A stretch of 64,000 bases of DNA from assembly GCA_963807685.1 (NCBI GenBank), contig CAWECU010000010.1:35339-99338 (forward strand). Direction: 5' to 3'. The notes under the pieces were generated by a model, which saw only the letters and a list, made by a program, of their open reading frames with translations, was not told where the DNA came from and did no database searches. Shown in pieces: positions 30,890-42,256 of this stretch (its first letter is position 1; each line of letters starts with the position of its first letter). Source of the DNA: an uncultured Flavobacteriaceae bacterium. Its GTDB lineage: Bacteria; Bacteroidota; Bacteroidia; Flavobacteriales; Flavobacteriaceae. A program made the translations under genes and the position numbers.

Positions 30890-31546
30890 ATGTTATCCTT
30901 TTTCAGAAAATTATTTACCTCCTCTGGAAGCAAAAGCGAAGCGGCCGGGAAAAAGAAAAATGAGACCGAAGACGATCCCATGAAAAAATATCTTATCGTT
31001 GGACTAGGTAATATAGGCCCTAAATACCATTTTACCCGCCATAATATCGGATTTAAAATCCTCGATTTTTTGGCCCAACAAAACGAACTTACCTGGGAAA
31101 CTGTGAAATTGGGAGACATGACCACCCACAAAAAGAAAGGAAGAACCTTTGTATTGCTGAAGCCCAGCACCTATATGAACTTAAGTGGAAAATCTGTGAG
31201 ATACTGGCTCGATAAAGAAAAGATCCCATTGGAGAACCTGCTGGTCGTTACCGACGATCTCAACCTCCCCTTTGGCACCCTCCGCATCAAAACCAAGGGT
31301 AGCGATGGAGGACACAACGGATTGAAAGACATTCAGCAGATATTACAGACCACCCAATACAATCGCTTCCGATTTGGGATTAGCGATGCTTTTGGCAAGG
31401 GGAATCAAGTAGATTACGTACTCAGCGAATGGACAGAGGAAGAAACCGAACAATTGCCCGAACGCCTCGAAGTCGCGGCTAGCATCATCGAATCCTTTGG
31501 TCTGGCAGGTATAAACAGAACTATGAATACTTTTAATGGAACATAA
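30890..31546 (+). CDS. pth: Peptidyl-tRNA hydrolase (alternative start 30980)
   Basis: [30 protein letters not shown]. Confidence 0.96.
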   Translation: MLSFFRKLFTSSGSKSEAAGKKKNETEDDPMKKYLIVGLGNIGPKYHFTRHNIGFKILDFLAQQNELTWETVKLGDMTTHKKKGRTFVLLKPSTYMNLSGKSVRYWLDKEKIPLENLLVVTDDLNLPFGTLRIKTKGSDGGHNGLKDIQQILQTTQYNRFRFGISDAFGKGNQVDYVLSEWTEEETEQLPERLEVAASIIESFGLAGINRTMNTFNGT

Positions 31547-32480
31547 TTTGAAGGAACACAGCTCCTCTTCGGCATATAACAGCACCCAGGGCAGTGTGGT
31601 GACCATCGGCACCTTCGACGGGGTCCATTTGGGGCACAAAGCCCTCTTGATCCGATTGGTAGCCATCGCTAAGAAAGAAAAGTTGGAGTCTGTATTACTC
31701 ACTTTTTTTCCGCATCCGCGTAGGGTACTTCAAAAGGACGGCGATCTAAAATTAATCAACACCCTTTCAGAAAAAAAACAACTGCTCGAAACCATTGGGA
31801 TCGACCATTTGGTGGTACAGCCCTTCACCAGGGAATTTTCCAGACTTACCGCTTTGGAATATGTGCGGGATATTCTCGTCCATCAATTGAACGCCAAAAA
31901 GATCATTATTGGCTACGACCATCGTTTCGGCCGTAACCGAACCGCAAATATTGACGACCTGAGGGAATTTGGAGCTATATATAATTTTGACGTCGAAGAA
32001 ATAAGTGCCCAGGAATTGGATCAGGTAGCCGTAAGCTCAACCAAGATTAGAAAAGCACTCGATGCCGGCGATATCACCACCGCCAATAATTATCTGGGCT
32101 ATCGGTTTATGCTGCACGGCACTGTGGTAAAGGGAAAAGGTCTTGGGAAAACCTTTGGATACCCCACCGCGAATCTTAAGGTCGATGAACCTTTTAAAAT
32201 GATCCCAAAAAATGGCGTTTATCTGGTGGTATCTGATATTGATGGTAAACAGGTCTACGGTCTCACCAGCATTGGGAATAACGCAACCGTTGGAGGTACT
32301 ACAACCACCATCGAAACCTATTTTATGAGCATGGACTCCAATTTGTACGGGCAGTCACTCAAGTTGGAATTTATCACCCATATCCGGGATCAGGAAACCT
32401 TTGAAACCAATGAAAAGCTCATTGCGGCCATTCAAAATGATGAGGTCTTCGCAAAGGACTTCTTAAAGCGGCATGAATAA
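31536..32480 (+). CDS. ribF: Bifunctional riboflavin kinase/FAD synthetase
   Basis: [29 protein letters not shown]. Confidence 0.96.
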   Translation: MEHNLKEHSSSSAYNSTQGSVVTIGTFDGVHLGHKALLIRLVAIAKKEKLESVLLTFFPHPRRVLQKDGDLKLINTLSEKKQLLETIGIDHLVVQPFTREFSRLTALEYVRDILVHQLNAKKIIIGYDHRFGRNRTANIDDLREFGAIYNFDVEEISAQELDQVAVSSTKIRKALDAGDITTANNYLGYRFMLHGTVVKGKGLGKTFGYPTANLKVDEPFKMIPKNGVYLVVSDIDGKQVYGLTSIGNNATVGGTTTTIETYFMSMDSNLYGQSLKLEFITHIRDQETFETNEKLIAAIQNDEVFAKDFLKRHE

Positions 32481-33831
32481 ATTCCTGTTCAGGCATATTG
32501 ACAATACAGGCCTTGTGCTTTGGCGTATCATCTTCGGAATTTTGATCACCTTTCAGGCCTTTGGCGAAATTGTACTGGGAGCGGCCAAACGAAATTTTAT
32601 TGACCCCGACTTTACCTTCAACTTCATTGGTTTTGACTTTCTGCAACCACTGCCGGGAAACGGGATGTACTTCTATTTTGCCTTAATGGGCATCTTTGGA
32701 ATCCTGGTCACTCTGGGGTATAAATACCGCTTTAGCATGTTTTGCTACGCTCTTATGTGGACCTGTGTGTATCTCATGCAAAAAACTTCCTATAACAATC
32801 ACTATTACCTCATGATGCTACTGTGCTACATCATGGTTTTTTTACCGGCAAATCGGTCGTTATCGCTCGACGCCAAAATTACGCCGAAGCTAAAGTCGAA
32901 CTCGGTACCGCGCTGGACGTATTTAGTGATCATTCTTCAGGTTTGGATTGTTTATACCTATGCCTCTGTCGCAAAATTATACCCCGATTGGCTGGATGGT
33001 ACCGTGACCGCCCTATTCATGAAAGGCAAGAGCGATTATTGGCTCATAGGTGAATTCCTGCAATGGGATTGGGTGCATCATAGCATGGCCTATTTTGGCA
33101 TTCTCTTCGATCTGTTGATCATCCCCATGCTATTGTGGAAACGCACCCGAGTCGCCGGCTTTATCATTTCGATATTTTTTCATTTGTTTAATTCGGTGGT
33201 GTTTCAAATTGGGATCTTCCCTTATATGTCAATGGCCTTTGCCTTGTTTTTCTTTTCTTCGGAAACATTACGCAAGCGGTTCCTTCCTTTCGCTCGAAAA
33301 CACTTTCAGCATACAAAAATATACACCAGAGGGGAAGTGATCGTTCCCCATTATAAGCCACTGCTTTTGGGTGTATGCTCCCTTTATTTTCTGATTCAAA
33401 TTGCGCTACCCCTCCGCCATTGGACTTTTAAAGACGACGTGCTCTGGACCGAAGAAGGCCACCGCCTGGCCTGGCGTATGATGTTGCGCAGCAGAAACGG
33501 AATGCTCATCATCTACACCGAAAACAAAGCAACCGGTGAACGAAATAGTTACAACTATCGAAAATTATTATCCAAAAAACAAAACCGAAATGTCAAGGCC
33601 AAACCGGACCTCATCTGGCAATTAGCACAGCGCATCAAACAAATAGAGGCCGAAAAGGGCAATGATGTAAAAGTTTATATTACCTCCCGTGTAAAGATCA
33701 ACGGTGGTGAATACTACCCGTTGATCGATCCCAACGTAGATCTTGCCAACGAAAAATGGGATCACTTTCGCCACCACGATTGGATACTCCCTTCTCCCGA
33801 GGATTATATGAACAAGCCTGAAAAAGAATAA
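32473..33831 (+). CDS. HTTM-domain protein (vitamin K-dependent gamma-carboxylase-like)
   Basis: YNNHYYL, AKL..DW..G, FH..N...F.IG.F, WTEEG...AWRMM. Confidence 0.88.
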   Translation: MNKFLFRHIDNTGLVLWRIIFGILITFQAFGEIVLGAAKRNFIDPDFTFNFIGFDFLQPLPGNGMYFYFALMGIFGILVTLGYKYRFSMFCYALMWTCVYLMQKTSYNNHYYLMMLLCYIMVFLPANRSLSLDAKITPKLKSNSVPRWTYLVIILQVWIVYTYASVAKLYPDWLDGTVTALFMKGKSDYWLIGEFLQWDWVHHSMAYFGILFDLLIIPMLLWKRTRVAGFIISIFFHLFNSVVFQIGIFPYMSMAFALFFFSSETLRKRFLPFARKHFQHTKIYTRGEVIVPHYKPLLLGVCSLYFLIQIALPLRHWTFKDDVLWTEEGHRLAWRMMLRSRNGMLIIYTENKATGERNSYNYRKLLSKKQNRNVKAKPDLIWQLAQRIKQIEAEKGNDVKVYITSRVKINGGEYYPLIDPNVDLANEKWDHFRHHDWILPSPEDYMNKPEKE

Positions 33832-33893
33832 ATTCAAAACACCAATAAATTTGGCATTTTCCCTAACTTTGCCTTCTTAAATTTCCACCGAAA

Positions 33894-35165
33894 ATGTTAC
33901 AACTAAGCAGTATTCGCGAGCATAAAGACACCTACATTACCGCACTTGCCAAAAGAGGTGTCGATGCCGGGGAGGTCCTGGAAGCAGTTTTAGCAGCAGA
34001 CGAAACACGTCGTGCCACCCAAACTGAATTGGACGAAATCCTTTCTCAATCGAACACATTTTCCAAAGAAATTGGGAAACTGTTTCAAAATGGAGAGGCA
34101 CAAAAAGCCAATTTGCTCAAAGAAAAAACAGGACGGTTAAAAGAAAAATCGAAAGATCTTCAGGAAAAGCTGAATGAAGTCGTAGACGAGTTGCAACAAC
34201 TTTTATATACCATTCCCAATATACCCCACGCCCTGGTGCCGGCCGGAAGTGACGAGAATGACAATGAAGTAGTGTTTCGCGAGGGAGCTATCCCCAAACT
34301 GGGCAGCAATGCCTTACCCCATTGGGAATTGGCCAAAAAATACGACATCATTGATTTCGAGCTGGGAGTAAAGATCACAGGCGCGGGCTTTCCAGTGTAT
34401 AAAGGAAAAGGCGCCCGACTTCAGCGCGCATTGATCGCTTATTTTCTGGACAAGAACACCGCCGCCGGCTATACCGAATACCAAGTTCCCCTTTTGGTCA
34501 ACGAAGCTTCCGGATTTGGAACGGGACAACTACCGGACAAAGAAGGACAAATGTATCATGTGGGCGTAGACGACCTTTACCTAATTCCCACTGCCGAGGT
34601 GCCAGTAACCAATCTGTTCCGGGGCGATCTGCTCATGCACAATCAATTGCCTGTAACCTGCACCGGTTATACAGCCTGTTTTCGACGTGAAGCGGGAAGT
34701 TATGGAGCCCATGTACGAGGCTTGAACCGCTTGCATCAATTCGACAAGGTAGAAATTGTACGTATCGAACATCCCGATAAAAGTTACGACGCACTCGATG
34801 GAATGGTCGAACATGTGAAAGGAATCCTTAAAGAATTAAAGCTACCCTATCGCATTCTAAGACTCTGTGGCGGCGACCTGGGATTCACCTCAACCCTAAC
34901 TTATGATTTTGAAGTGTTCTCCACGGCACAGGATCGCTGGCTGGAGATTTCTTCGGTATCCAATTTTGAGACCTTTCAGGCCAATCGCCTCAAGTTGCGT
35001 TTCAAGGACACCGAAGGGAAAAACCATCTGGTTCATACGCTCAATGGAAGTGCCCTGGCCTTGCCCAGAGTACTCGCCGGAATTCTGGAAAATTATCAAA
35101 CTCCGGACGGAATCAAAATCCCGGAGGTACTGGTTCCCTATTGCGGATTTGATTTCATCGATTAA
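33894..35165 (+). CDS. serS: Serine-tRNA ligase
   Basis: LIPTAEVP, FRREAG, RLHQFDKVE, EISSVSN, HTLNGS; -7 box TAACTTTG 33864-33871. Confidence 0.98.
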   Translation: MLQLSSIREHKDTYITALAKRGVDAGEVLEAVLAADETRRATQTELDEILSQSNTFSKEIGKLFQNGEAQKANLLKEKTGRLKEKSKDLQEKLNEVVDELQQLLYTIPNIPHALVPAGSDENDNEVVFREGAIPKLGSNALPHWELAKKYDIIDFELGVKITGAGFPVYKGKGARLQRALIAYFLDKNTAAGYTEYQVPLLVNEASGFGTGQLPDKEGQMYHVGVDDLYLIPTAEVPVTNLFRGDLLMHNQLPVTCTGYTACFRREAGSYGAHVRGLNRLHQFDKVEIVRIEHPDKSYDALDGMVEHVKGILKELKLPYRILRLCGGDLGFTSTLTYDFEVFSTAQDRWLEISSVSNFETFQANRLKLRFKDTEGKNHLVHTLNGSALALPRVLAGILENYQTPDGIKIPEVLVPYCGFDFID

Positions 35166-35296
35166 AATTTATTTTTAGTTAAACATAGCCGTAGTGAGTC
35201 ACTGCCAACTGCAACTGCCATCTGCTTACTGTTAACTCAAAAAAGCGGCTCAATATTTGAGATATTTTTAAGAAATCAATTGCTTATATTTACCTC

Positions 35297-37078
35297 ATGC
35301 GTATTCTACTGATCATTTTAGTACTTCTCTTAACGGCACCTTCCTTCGCCCAAAGTGAGGCATTGGGTAAAAACTACTTTGACAGAGGCGAATACGAAAA
35401 AGCACTTGTTATATTTAAAAAACTGGCACGCCAAAACCCCAATCGTGCTGTCTTTGCCAATTATGTTTTAAAATCGCACCAGCAACTTGAAAATTTCGAA
35501 GAGGCCGAGCAGATCATTCTGGCAAAATTAAATAAGCCGAGACCGGCACCTCAGTTTTATGTTGAATTGGGAAACAACTATGCACTGCAAGAAAAGGACA
35601 GCCTTGCGCAGGTGAGTTATCAAAAGGCGATTGACGGTGTTCGGGAAAACCCGTTTAACGCCTATACGGTGGGAAGGGTATTTTCAGATTATAGTTTGTT
35701 GGATCAGGCGGCAGCCACCTATGAGCTGGCCATGCAACTCGATCCCGATCGGGATTATAACTCCCAGTTGGCGAAGATCTACGGTGAACAGGGAAAACTC
35801 GAAAAGATGTTTGAGAAGTATCTGGAACTGGTGGAAAGTAATTCAGGCTATCGTTCGACGGCACAGCGAAATTTTAGTTTTTATGTGAATGAAGACCCTG
35901 CGAATGAGGCCAATGTCATGCTTCGGAAAACGTTGTTAAAGAAGATTCAGCAAAGCCCGGATTTGTTGTATAACGAGTTGCTGAGCTGGTTATTCGTTCA
36001 GCAAAAAGAATTTAAAAAAGCTTTTGTTCAGGAAAAGGCGATCTACAAGCGAAGTGAAGAAAATTTACGCGGTATTATCGATCTTTTACGAATCACCATG
36101 GACGAAGAAAAGTATGAAGATGCAAGGGATATTGTAGCCTTCGTGATAGAAAAGGCGCCTACTCCCGAAGTGAGACTGGAGGGATACCAATACCTCATGA
36201 ATGTAGAACTAAAACTGGCTACTCCTCAAGAGTATCCCCGCGTTGAAAAGCAATATGTTGCCTTATTTGAAGAATTTGGACGGGGAACTGCCACTCTGGC
36301 CCTTCAAATAGATTACAATCATTTTTTGGCCTTTCGAAACGGACGCAGTACCGATGCCATCGAAAATCTCAAACTGCTGCTGAAAAACAGGCTTTCCATT
36401 TTTCAGGAAGCACGCGTAAAGCTGGAATTGGCCGATATTTTGGTTTTTGATGAAAAATTCAATCAGGCGCTCATCTATTACTCCCAGGTTCAGAACAAAG
36501 TGAAAAGTAATATTCTGGCACAGGAAGCCCGGTTCAAAGTGGCGCGAACCAGCTATTTCAAAGGTGATTTTGAATGGGCTCAAATACAGTTGGATGTTTT
36601 GAAGAAATCGGCCTCGCAGTTGATCGCAAATGACGCCATGCAATTATCTTTAATGATACGCGATAATTCGTTGGAAGATTCCACCCAAACGGCTTTGAAG
36701 AAATATTCAAGAGCCGATCTATTTACCCTTCAGAATAAAAACAACGAAGCCATTGCCGTATTGCAGGATATACTCACCAATCACAAAGGCGAAAAAATTG
36801 AAGACGAGGCGCTTCTGAAGATGGGTGAGATCTACGAGACGATGGAGCAATACACCCTGGCGGAAGCCAACTACCTGAAATTAATTGAATTCTATAAGGA
36901 AGATATTTTGGCCGATGACGCTCACTTTCGATTGGCGAAACTCTACGAAGGCCCGCTGGCATCTCCCCAGAAAGCAAAGGCCCTGTATGAGCAGATCATT
37001 TTTGATTTTGCCGATAGTATTTATTTTGTAGAGGCGCGCAAGCGATTCCGGATGCTAAGAGGGGACGCGATCAATTAA
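35297..37078 (+). CDS. Secreted tetratricopeptide repeat protein
   Basis: Signal peptide; multiple TPR-like helices; ends ARKRFRMLRGD. Confidence 0.85.
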   Translation: MRILLIILVLLLTAPSFAQSEALGKNYFDRGEYEKALVIFKKLARQNPNRAVFANYVLKSHQQLENFEEAEQIILAKLNKPRPAPQFYVELGNNYALQEKDSLAQVSYQKAIDGVRENPFNAYTVGRVFSDYSLLDQAAATYELAMQLDPDRDYNSQLAKIYGEQGKLEKMFEKYLELVESNSGYRSTAQRNFSFYVNEDPANEANVMLRKTLLKKIQQSPDLLYNELLSWLFVQQKEFKKAFVQEKAIYKRSEENLRGIIDLLRITMDEEKYEDARDIVAFVIEKAPTPEVRLEGYQYLMNVELKLATPQEYPRVEKQYVALFEEFGRGTATLALQIDYNHFLAFRNGRSTDAIENLKLLLKNRLSIFQEARVKLELADILVFDEKFNQALIYYSQVQNKVKSNILAQEARFKVARTSYFKGDFEWAQIQLDVLKKSASQLIANDAMQLSLMIRDNSLEDSTQTALKKYSRADLFTLQNKNNEAIAVLQDILTNHKGEKIEDEALLKMGEIYETMEQYTLAEANYLKLIEFYKEDILADDAHFRLAKLYEGPLASPQKAKALYEQIIFDFADSIYFVEARKRFRMLRGDAIN

Positions 37079-37138
37079 TGAAGTCCTCTTCTTGTCCAAA
37101 CCTGAAATACCCCTGTTACCAGTACTCTAAAAACTGCC

Positions 37139-37456
37139 ATGTATATCTACAATGTCACCATTAATATAGACGAAAGTGTTCATAACGCCTGGTTGGCTTG
37201 GATGCAAAACGAACATATCCCGGCCATGCTCGAAACGGGAAAGTTTAGCAATGCACTTATGACCCGGGTACATGTTGCGGAGGAAATGGACGGAATCACG
37301 TACTCGGTGCAATATAGAACCGACAGCATGGCCACGCTGAAAAAATACTATGCCGAAGACGCCGCGAACCTGCGTGACCAAAGCAAACCATTCGAAGGAA
37401 AGTTTGTCGCTTTCAGAACCGAGCTGGAAGTGGTGAGCGAACAGCGGCCATCGTAA
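37139..37456 (+). CDS. DUF4286 family protein
   Basis: MYIYNVT..ID, WM..EHIP, TYSVQY. Confidence 0.85.
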   Translation: MYIYNVTINIDESVHNAWLAWMQNEHIPAMLETGKFSNALMTRVHVAEEMDGITYSVQYRTDSMATLKKYYAEDAANLRDQSKPFEGKFVAFRTELEVVSEQRPS

Positions 37457-37510
37457 ACCAGGAACCCGATAGAAAACTATCGGGCCTGTGCGGGGTCATT
37501 GGAAAACTGG

Positions 37511-39109
37511 CTAATTATTCTTCAAAATTATAAATTCAATTCTGCGATTGGCCTCATGCTGAGCTTCGCTACATGGTTTGCAATCGATCAAAGGTTGTGT
37601 TTCTCCGAATCCTTTCCAACGAATTCGATCCTTAGAAATTCCTTTTGAGACCAAATATTCCATGGCCGAAGCCGCTCTTCGCTTAGACAACTTCAAATTG
37701 TAAGTGTCATTTCCACGGAAATCGGTATGCGCGTTCAAAGCTACCTTGATTTCGGGATTATACTTTAGGGTCTCCGCAACCGTATTTAAGGTAATGGTCG
37801 AAATATTTTTGATACGGGAACTATCGTAGTCGAACAAAATATTTTCAATCTGAATAAACGATTTCTCCTCGGTAACCACGATGGGTGCCGGTTCTGCCTT
37901 CAAGCTTACATCGACCATATATTCCTTGGTTTTATTGTCGGTATTGAATAGGGTCGATCCTTTAAAGAACCCTTCTTTCCCGGAAACAAGGGTGTAAAGC
38001 TCAAAAGACGAAATGGGAAAGGAAAACACTCCTTTTTCATTGGTTTGCATCCCACCTACCAGGGTCCCGTCGGTATCGATTAATTGAACTTCCACGTTCG
38101 CCAATGGAATTCCGGTTTCAAAATCTACTGCCCTACCGCTTACTTTTTGTGCAAATACATATTCGGTAATTCTATAAATATCGAAATTCCCCATTCCACC
38201 TTCCCTGTTGGAGGTAATATAGCCAATGCGATCGGTGGCCGGGACAAATGCGATCTCATCTTCCTCGGTGTTGATGGTGTTCCCAAGGTTTAGAATGGTC
38301 ACATAGCCTTTTTTCGTCCTTCTGGATTTAAACACGTCAAAACCCCCCATATTTTCATGCCCTTTTGAGGAAAAGAACAAAAATTTCTCGTCCACAGACA
38401 AGTGCGGGAACTTTTCGTCATTTTCGGTGTTGATAGCTCCAGGTACCGGACTAATTTCTCCCGGGGAACCATCGGCATTTAGGGTTACCTGAAAAATATC
38501 AAAGCCCCCTTTAGACACAGGCATATTCGAAGCAAAATAAAGTATATCCCCCGCTCTATTGAGGTGTGGGTTTTCTACGGAATAATTTGCGCTATTAAAA
38601 GGCAACGGGGTCATATTGATCCATTCTCCGGCGCGATCGGGATTTAATTCGGCTCGGTACAACTGATAACTTTGGGTATTTCCATCGATATTCTTAGTAA
38701 AGTAAATAATCGAACCATCTTGTGAGAAACTCACTGAACCCAGATTTTCGTTCTTGTTCAAAAGGCTGGAGAACAACAACGGGCGGGAAAGGTCGTAGTT
38801 TTCCAAAATATCACTACAATATAATTTTGTAAACGGCTCTTTAGTAACCGGATCCTTTTTGGCAATGGCACCAATTTTTCGCGCCGAGAAAGAAATGAAC
38901 TTGTTTTTAAAAAGTCCCGAACCGTAATCGGCATAAGGCGAATTAATTCCGGTCGTCAAAGTCTCAAATTTAAAACCGTTATCTCCTATATCTTTGTAAA
39001 CTACGCGAGATTCTTCAAGCAAATGTTCCACAATTTCAAAGGGTGCTTGTGCAAAGGTCGAGGTGTAGGTAAAACTGAAAACGGATAGGGCGATTAGAAA
39101 TTTCTTCAT
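37511..39109 (-). CDS. OmpA-family protein with PD40 propeller and CarboxypepD-like domain (PorE-like architecture)
   Basis: GGFDIF repeats; ILFDYD, HTDFRG..YN..LS.RRA, NRRIEF; start MKKFLI at 39109. Confidence 0.88.
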   Translation of the reverse strand: MKKFLIALSVFSFTYTSTFAQAPFEIVEHLLEESRVVYKDIGDNGFKFETLTTGINSPYADYGSGLFKNKFISFSARKIGAIAKKDPVTKEPFTKLYCSDILENYDLSRPLLFSSLLNKNENLGSVSFSQDGSIIYFTKNIDGNTQSYQLYRAELNPDRAGEWINMTPLPFNSANYSVENPHLNRAGDILYFASNMPVSKGGFDIFQVTLNADGSPGEISPVPGAINTENDEKFPHLSVDEKFLFFSSKGHENMGGFDVFKSRRTKKGYVTILNLGNTINTEEDEIAFVPATDRIGYITSNREGGMGNFDIYRITEYVFAQKVSGRAVDFETGIPLANVEVQLIDTDGTLVGGMQTNEKGVFSFPISSFELYTLVSGKEGFFKGSTLFNTDNKTKEYMVDVSLKAEPAPIVVTEEKSFIQIENILFDYDSSRIKNISTITLNTVAETLKYNPEIKVALNAHTDFRGNDTYNLKLSKRRAASAMEYLVSKGISKDRIRWKGFGETQPLIDCKPCSEAQHEANRRIEFIILKNN

Positions 39110-39324
39110 TAAAGGGATTACTGTGAGGTTTATAAGTATAGGAACAAACCTACAACCTAAATCGAATTTTCCCACAACTTTTAGCTGAAGGGTTTGTTTT
39201 TTCGTTTAAGTGTGATACCGGCATTCCTTTTGAGTCGATGGTACATGAGTTTTTGATGCCAACCCACCGAACTATGCAGCTAAACCCCATATAACAGTTG
39301 AAAATAACTACCTTTGAAATCGTT

Positions 39325-40137
39325 ATGAGGAAACCCGTACGCGCCAAAAAACATCTGGGCCAGCATTTTTTAATCGACGAGACAATTGCCGAAAAAATTG
39401 GGAATACCCTCTCCCTGGAAGGCTATAAAAATGTACTCGAAATAGGCCCTGGAACCGGTGTACTCACCAAATATCTACTCAAAAAACCTGTGCAACTCAT
39501 TGCCATGGAAATTGATTGGGATTCCATTGCCTATCTCAAAGAACATTACACCTGCGATAATTTGAAGATTGTCGAAGCCGACTTTTTAAAATACGATCTG
39601 GCCCAACTTTTTGACGATGCGCCTTTTGGCATTACCGGTAACTTTCCCTATAATATTTCTACTCAAATCGTCTTTAAAACATTGGAATGGAGAGCTCGTA
39701 TTCCCGAATTTACGGGTATGTTCCAGAAAGAAGTTGCTCAACGAATTTGTGAAAAAGAAGGCAGTAAAACCTATGGGATCCTTTCGGTGTTGACACAGGC
39801 CTTTTACGATGCCGAATACCTATTCACCGTCAAGCCCGGAGTTTTCAATCCCCCTCCCAAAGTGGAAAGCGGGGTGCTTCGTTTAAAGCGAAAAGCAGAT
39901 TATTCACTTCCCTGTGATGAGAAAATGCTATTCAAAGTGGTAAAAACTGCATTTCAGCAGCGTCGAAAAACCCTTCGCAACAGTTTAAAATCATTCCAAC
40001 TTTCCGATAAATTAAAAGAAGATGCTATCTTTGGCCAGCGTCCCGAACAGCTTTCTGTAAAGGAATTTATCGCGCTAACTCTTAAATTGGAAGCAGATGC
40101 AATTTCAACTAACGACAGAGTTCCTTCAAAAGATTGA
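39325..40137 (+). CDS. rsmA: 16S rRNA dimethyladenosine transferase
   Basis: [33 protein letters not shown]. Confidence 0.96.
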   Translation: MRKPVRAKKHLGQHFLIDETIAEKIGNTLSLEGYKNVLEIGPGTGVLTKYLLKKPVQLIAMEIDWDSIAYLKEHYTCDNLKIVEADFLKYDLAQLFDDAPFGITGNFPYNISTQIVFKTLEWRARIPEFTGMFQKEVAQRICEKEGSKTYGILSVLTQAFYDAEYLFTVKPGVFNPPPKVESGVLRLKRKADYSLPCDEKMLFKVVKTAFQQRRKTLRNSLKSFQLSDKLKEDAIFGQRPEQLSVKEFIALTLKLEADAISTNDRVPSKD

Positions 40138-41446
40138 GCAACTCATCGCCCAAAAGGATGGCCATGCCTTAAAAACACTGCTTAAAGATTACCACTTTGC
40201 CGATATAGCCGATATCCTGGAAGAAGTAAAAAGTGACGAGGCCACTTACCTCATAAAACTTTTAGAAAGCGAAATTACCAGTGAAGCGTTAATGGAGGTG
40301 GACGAAGATGTTCGGGAGAAGATCCTCAACCGACTTTCCCCCAAGGAAATTGCCAAAGAGCTTTCTGAAATGGACACCGACGACGCTGCCGATATTGTAT
40401 CCGAGCTCGATGATGACATCCAGCAAAAGGTAATCGATAAAATTAAAGACGAAGAACTTGCCGCAGATATTGTAGAACTCATTAGCTATGACGAAAAGAG
40501 CGCAGGTGGATTGATGGCCAAAGAACTTGTAAAGGTAAAGGAAACCTGGACCATTGCCGGCTGTGTTCGGGAAATGAGACGGCAGGCTGAAAATGTTACA
40601 CGGGTTCACTCCATTTATGTTACAGATAGAGATGGAGTTCTCAAAGGAAGGCTGTCTCTCAAAGATTTGCTCACCGCTCCTGAAAAAGCACATATTAGTG
40701 ATGTATACATTCCTAAAGTAGACTATGTGACCGTCCATACCGAAGGCGAAGAAGTAGCGAGAATCATGCAAAAATACGACCTCGAAGCCATTCCGGTGAT
40801 TGACGAGGACGGTATTTTGGTGGGCCGCGTGACTATCGATGATATTGTGGATTTTATTAAAGATGAAGCCGAAAAAGATTATCAAATGGCTGCCGGTATA
40901 TCTCAGGATGTCGAGGCGGACGACAACATATGGCAACTTACCCGGGCGCGCCTCCCCTGGCTGGTCTTAGGCCTTTTTGGAGGTTTAGGAGCCGTTTTCA
41001 TCATGCAGGATTTTGAAGAAGCCCTGGATAAATATGCGATACTTTTCTTTTATACTCCGCTCATTGCCGCCATGGCGGGGAATGTTGGTGTTCAATCGAG
41101 CGCGATCATCGTACAAGGTTTGGCAAATGATGTAGTAAAAGGAAGTCTGCTGAATCGGTTTTTAAAAGAAGTTGGGCTTAGTTTGATCAATGGGTTGGCT
41201 CTGGGAATTCTCGTCATCCTTTTTAATACCATTCTTGGAAATCCCTTTTTGGTAAGTTTGGCCATCGCAATCTCACTATTGGTTGTGATCATTATTGCGG
41301 CAATTATCGGCACCTTTGTCCCTATTATGCTGGACAAACGGGGGATAGACCCGGCCATAGCAACCGGTCCGTTTATCACCACCAGCAATGATATCTTCGG
41401 AATATTGATCTTCTTTTACATCTCAAGAACCATCCTGGGATTTTGA
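40097..41446 (+). CDS. mgtE: Magnesium transporter
   Basis: CBS pair, [24 protein letters not shown]. Confidence 0.95.
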   Translation: MQFQLTTEFLQKIEQLIAQKDGHALKTLLKDYHFADIADILEEVKSDEATYLIKLLESEITSEALMEVDEDVREKILNRLSPKEIAKELSEMDTDDAADIVSELDDDIQQKVIDKIKDEELAADIVELISYDEKSAGGLMAKELVKVKETWTIAGCVREMRRQAENVTRVHSIYVTDRDGVLKGRLSLKDLLTAPEKAHISDVYIPKVDYVTVHTEGEEVARIMQKYDLEAIPVIDEDGILVGRVTIDDIVDFIKDEAEKDYQMAAGISQDVEADDNIWQLTRARLPWLVLGLFGGLGAVFIMQDFEEALDKYAILFFYTPLIAAMAGNVGVQSSAIIVQGLANDVVKGSLLNRFLKEVGLSLINGLALGILVILFNTILGNPFLVSLAIAISLLVVIIIAAIIGTFVPIMLDKRGIDPAIATGPFITTSNDIFGILIFFYISRTILGF

Positions 41447-41835
41447 CTTCGGAAGTATTTACCCAACAGTTCACGGTTGCGGCGTCTGCTATTGACGCCC
41501 GCGGACATGTAAACAATTTGAAATACCTGGAATGGTGTTTGAAGGCCGCCGAAGCTCACTGGGAGCGAAACGCCCCACCCGAAATACAGCAGCGCTATGT
41601 TTGGTATGTGCTGCATCATTCGGTAGATTATAAGGCTTCTGCCTTTGAAGGAGAGGAATTGGAGGCCCAGACCTGGGTGTTTTCTACCGAAGGAGTGAAA
41701 AGTGAGCGCCACTATCGTATATTCAGAAAAAAAGATAGCAAAACCCTGGTGGAAGCAAAGACCATTTGGTGTCTGCTCGACGCCAAATCGCAACGCCCCA
41801 CGAAAATTACTGATGAAATTCGTAACTTGTTTTAA
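41443..41835 (+). CDS. Acyl-CoA thioesterase (4HBT-like)
   Basis: IDARGHVNNLKY. Confidence 0.88.
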   Translation: MTSEVFTQQFTVAASAIDARGHVNNLKYLEWCLKAAEAHWERNAPPEIQQRYVWYVLHHSVDYKASAFEGEELEAQTWVFSTEGVKSERHYRIFRKKDSKTLVEAKTIWCLLDAKSQRPTKITDEIRNLF

Positions 41836-41886
41836 CCAAAGTGTCACCCTAACCAATGGGTAGCTCGGAAATAACAACCGCACATA

Positions 41887-42252
41887 ATGAATCCAATCAA
41901 CATCAAAGAAAAATTTTCTAAATTCTCCAAGCATTGGCATCCCCACCAAATCGCTGTGGTGGATGATATGCAGGTACTCCTGGCGAAGATACAAGGGGAA
42001 TTTGTATGGCATACCCATGAAGCTGAGGACGAACTGTTCTTTGTTCAAAAAGGGACGCTGGAAATGCATTTCAGAAATAAAGTCGAAATTGTAAACGAAG
42101 GAGAGCTCATCGTGGTCCCAAAAGGCGTGGAACATTGTCCGGTGACAAAGGATGGAGATGAAGTGCATGTGCTTCTCTTTGAAAAGCTAACTACGGCACA
42201 CACGGGAAATGTGGTGCACGAAAAAACCCAAACTGAATACCCAAAAATCTAA
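41887..42252 (+). CDS. Cupin domain protein
   Basis: WHTHEAEDELF, VPKGVEH. Confidence 0.88.
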   Translation: MNPINIKEKFSKFSKHWHPHQIAVVDDMQVLLAKIQGEFVWHTHEAEDELFFVQKGTLEMHFRNKVEIVNEGELIVVPKGVEHCPVTKDGDEVHVLLFEKLTTAHTGNVVHEKTQTEYPKI

Positions 42253-42256
42253 ACTA

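Noticed and set aside
35201-35231. ACTGCCAACTGCAACTGCCATCTGC short repeats after serS
   Set aside because: Too short and irregular, with no spacers; probably an intergenic low-complexity repeat.
41416-42168. 250-aa minus-strand ORF, and similar long antisense ORFs at 40289-40936 and 24988-25563
   Set aside because: They are shadows of well-supported genes on the opposite strand and have no recognisable motifs.
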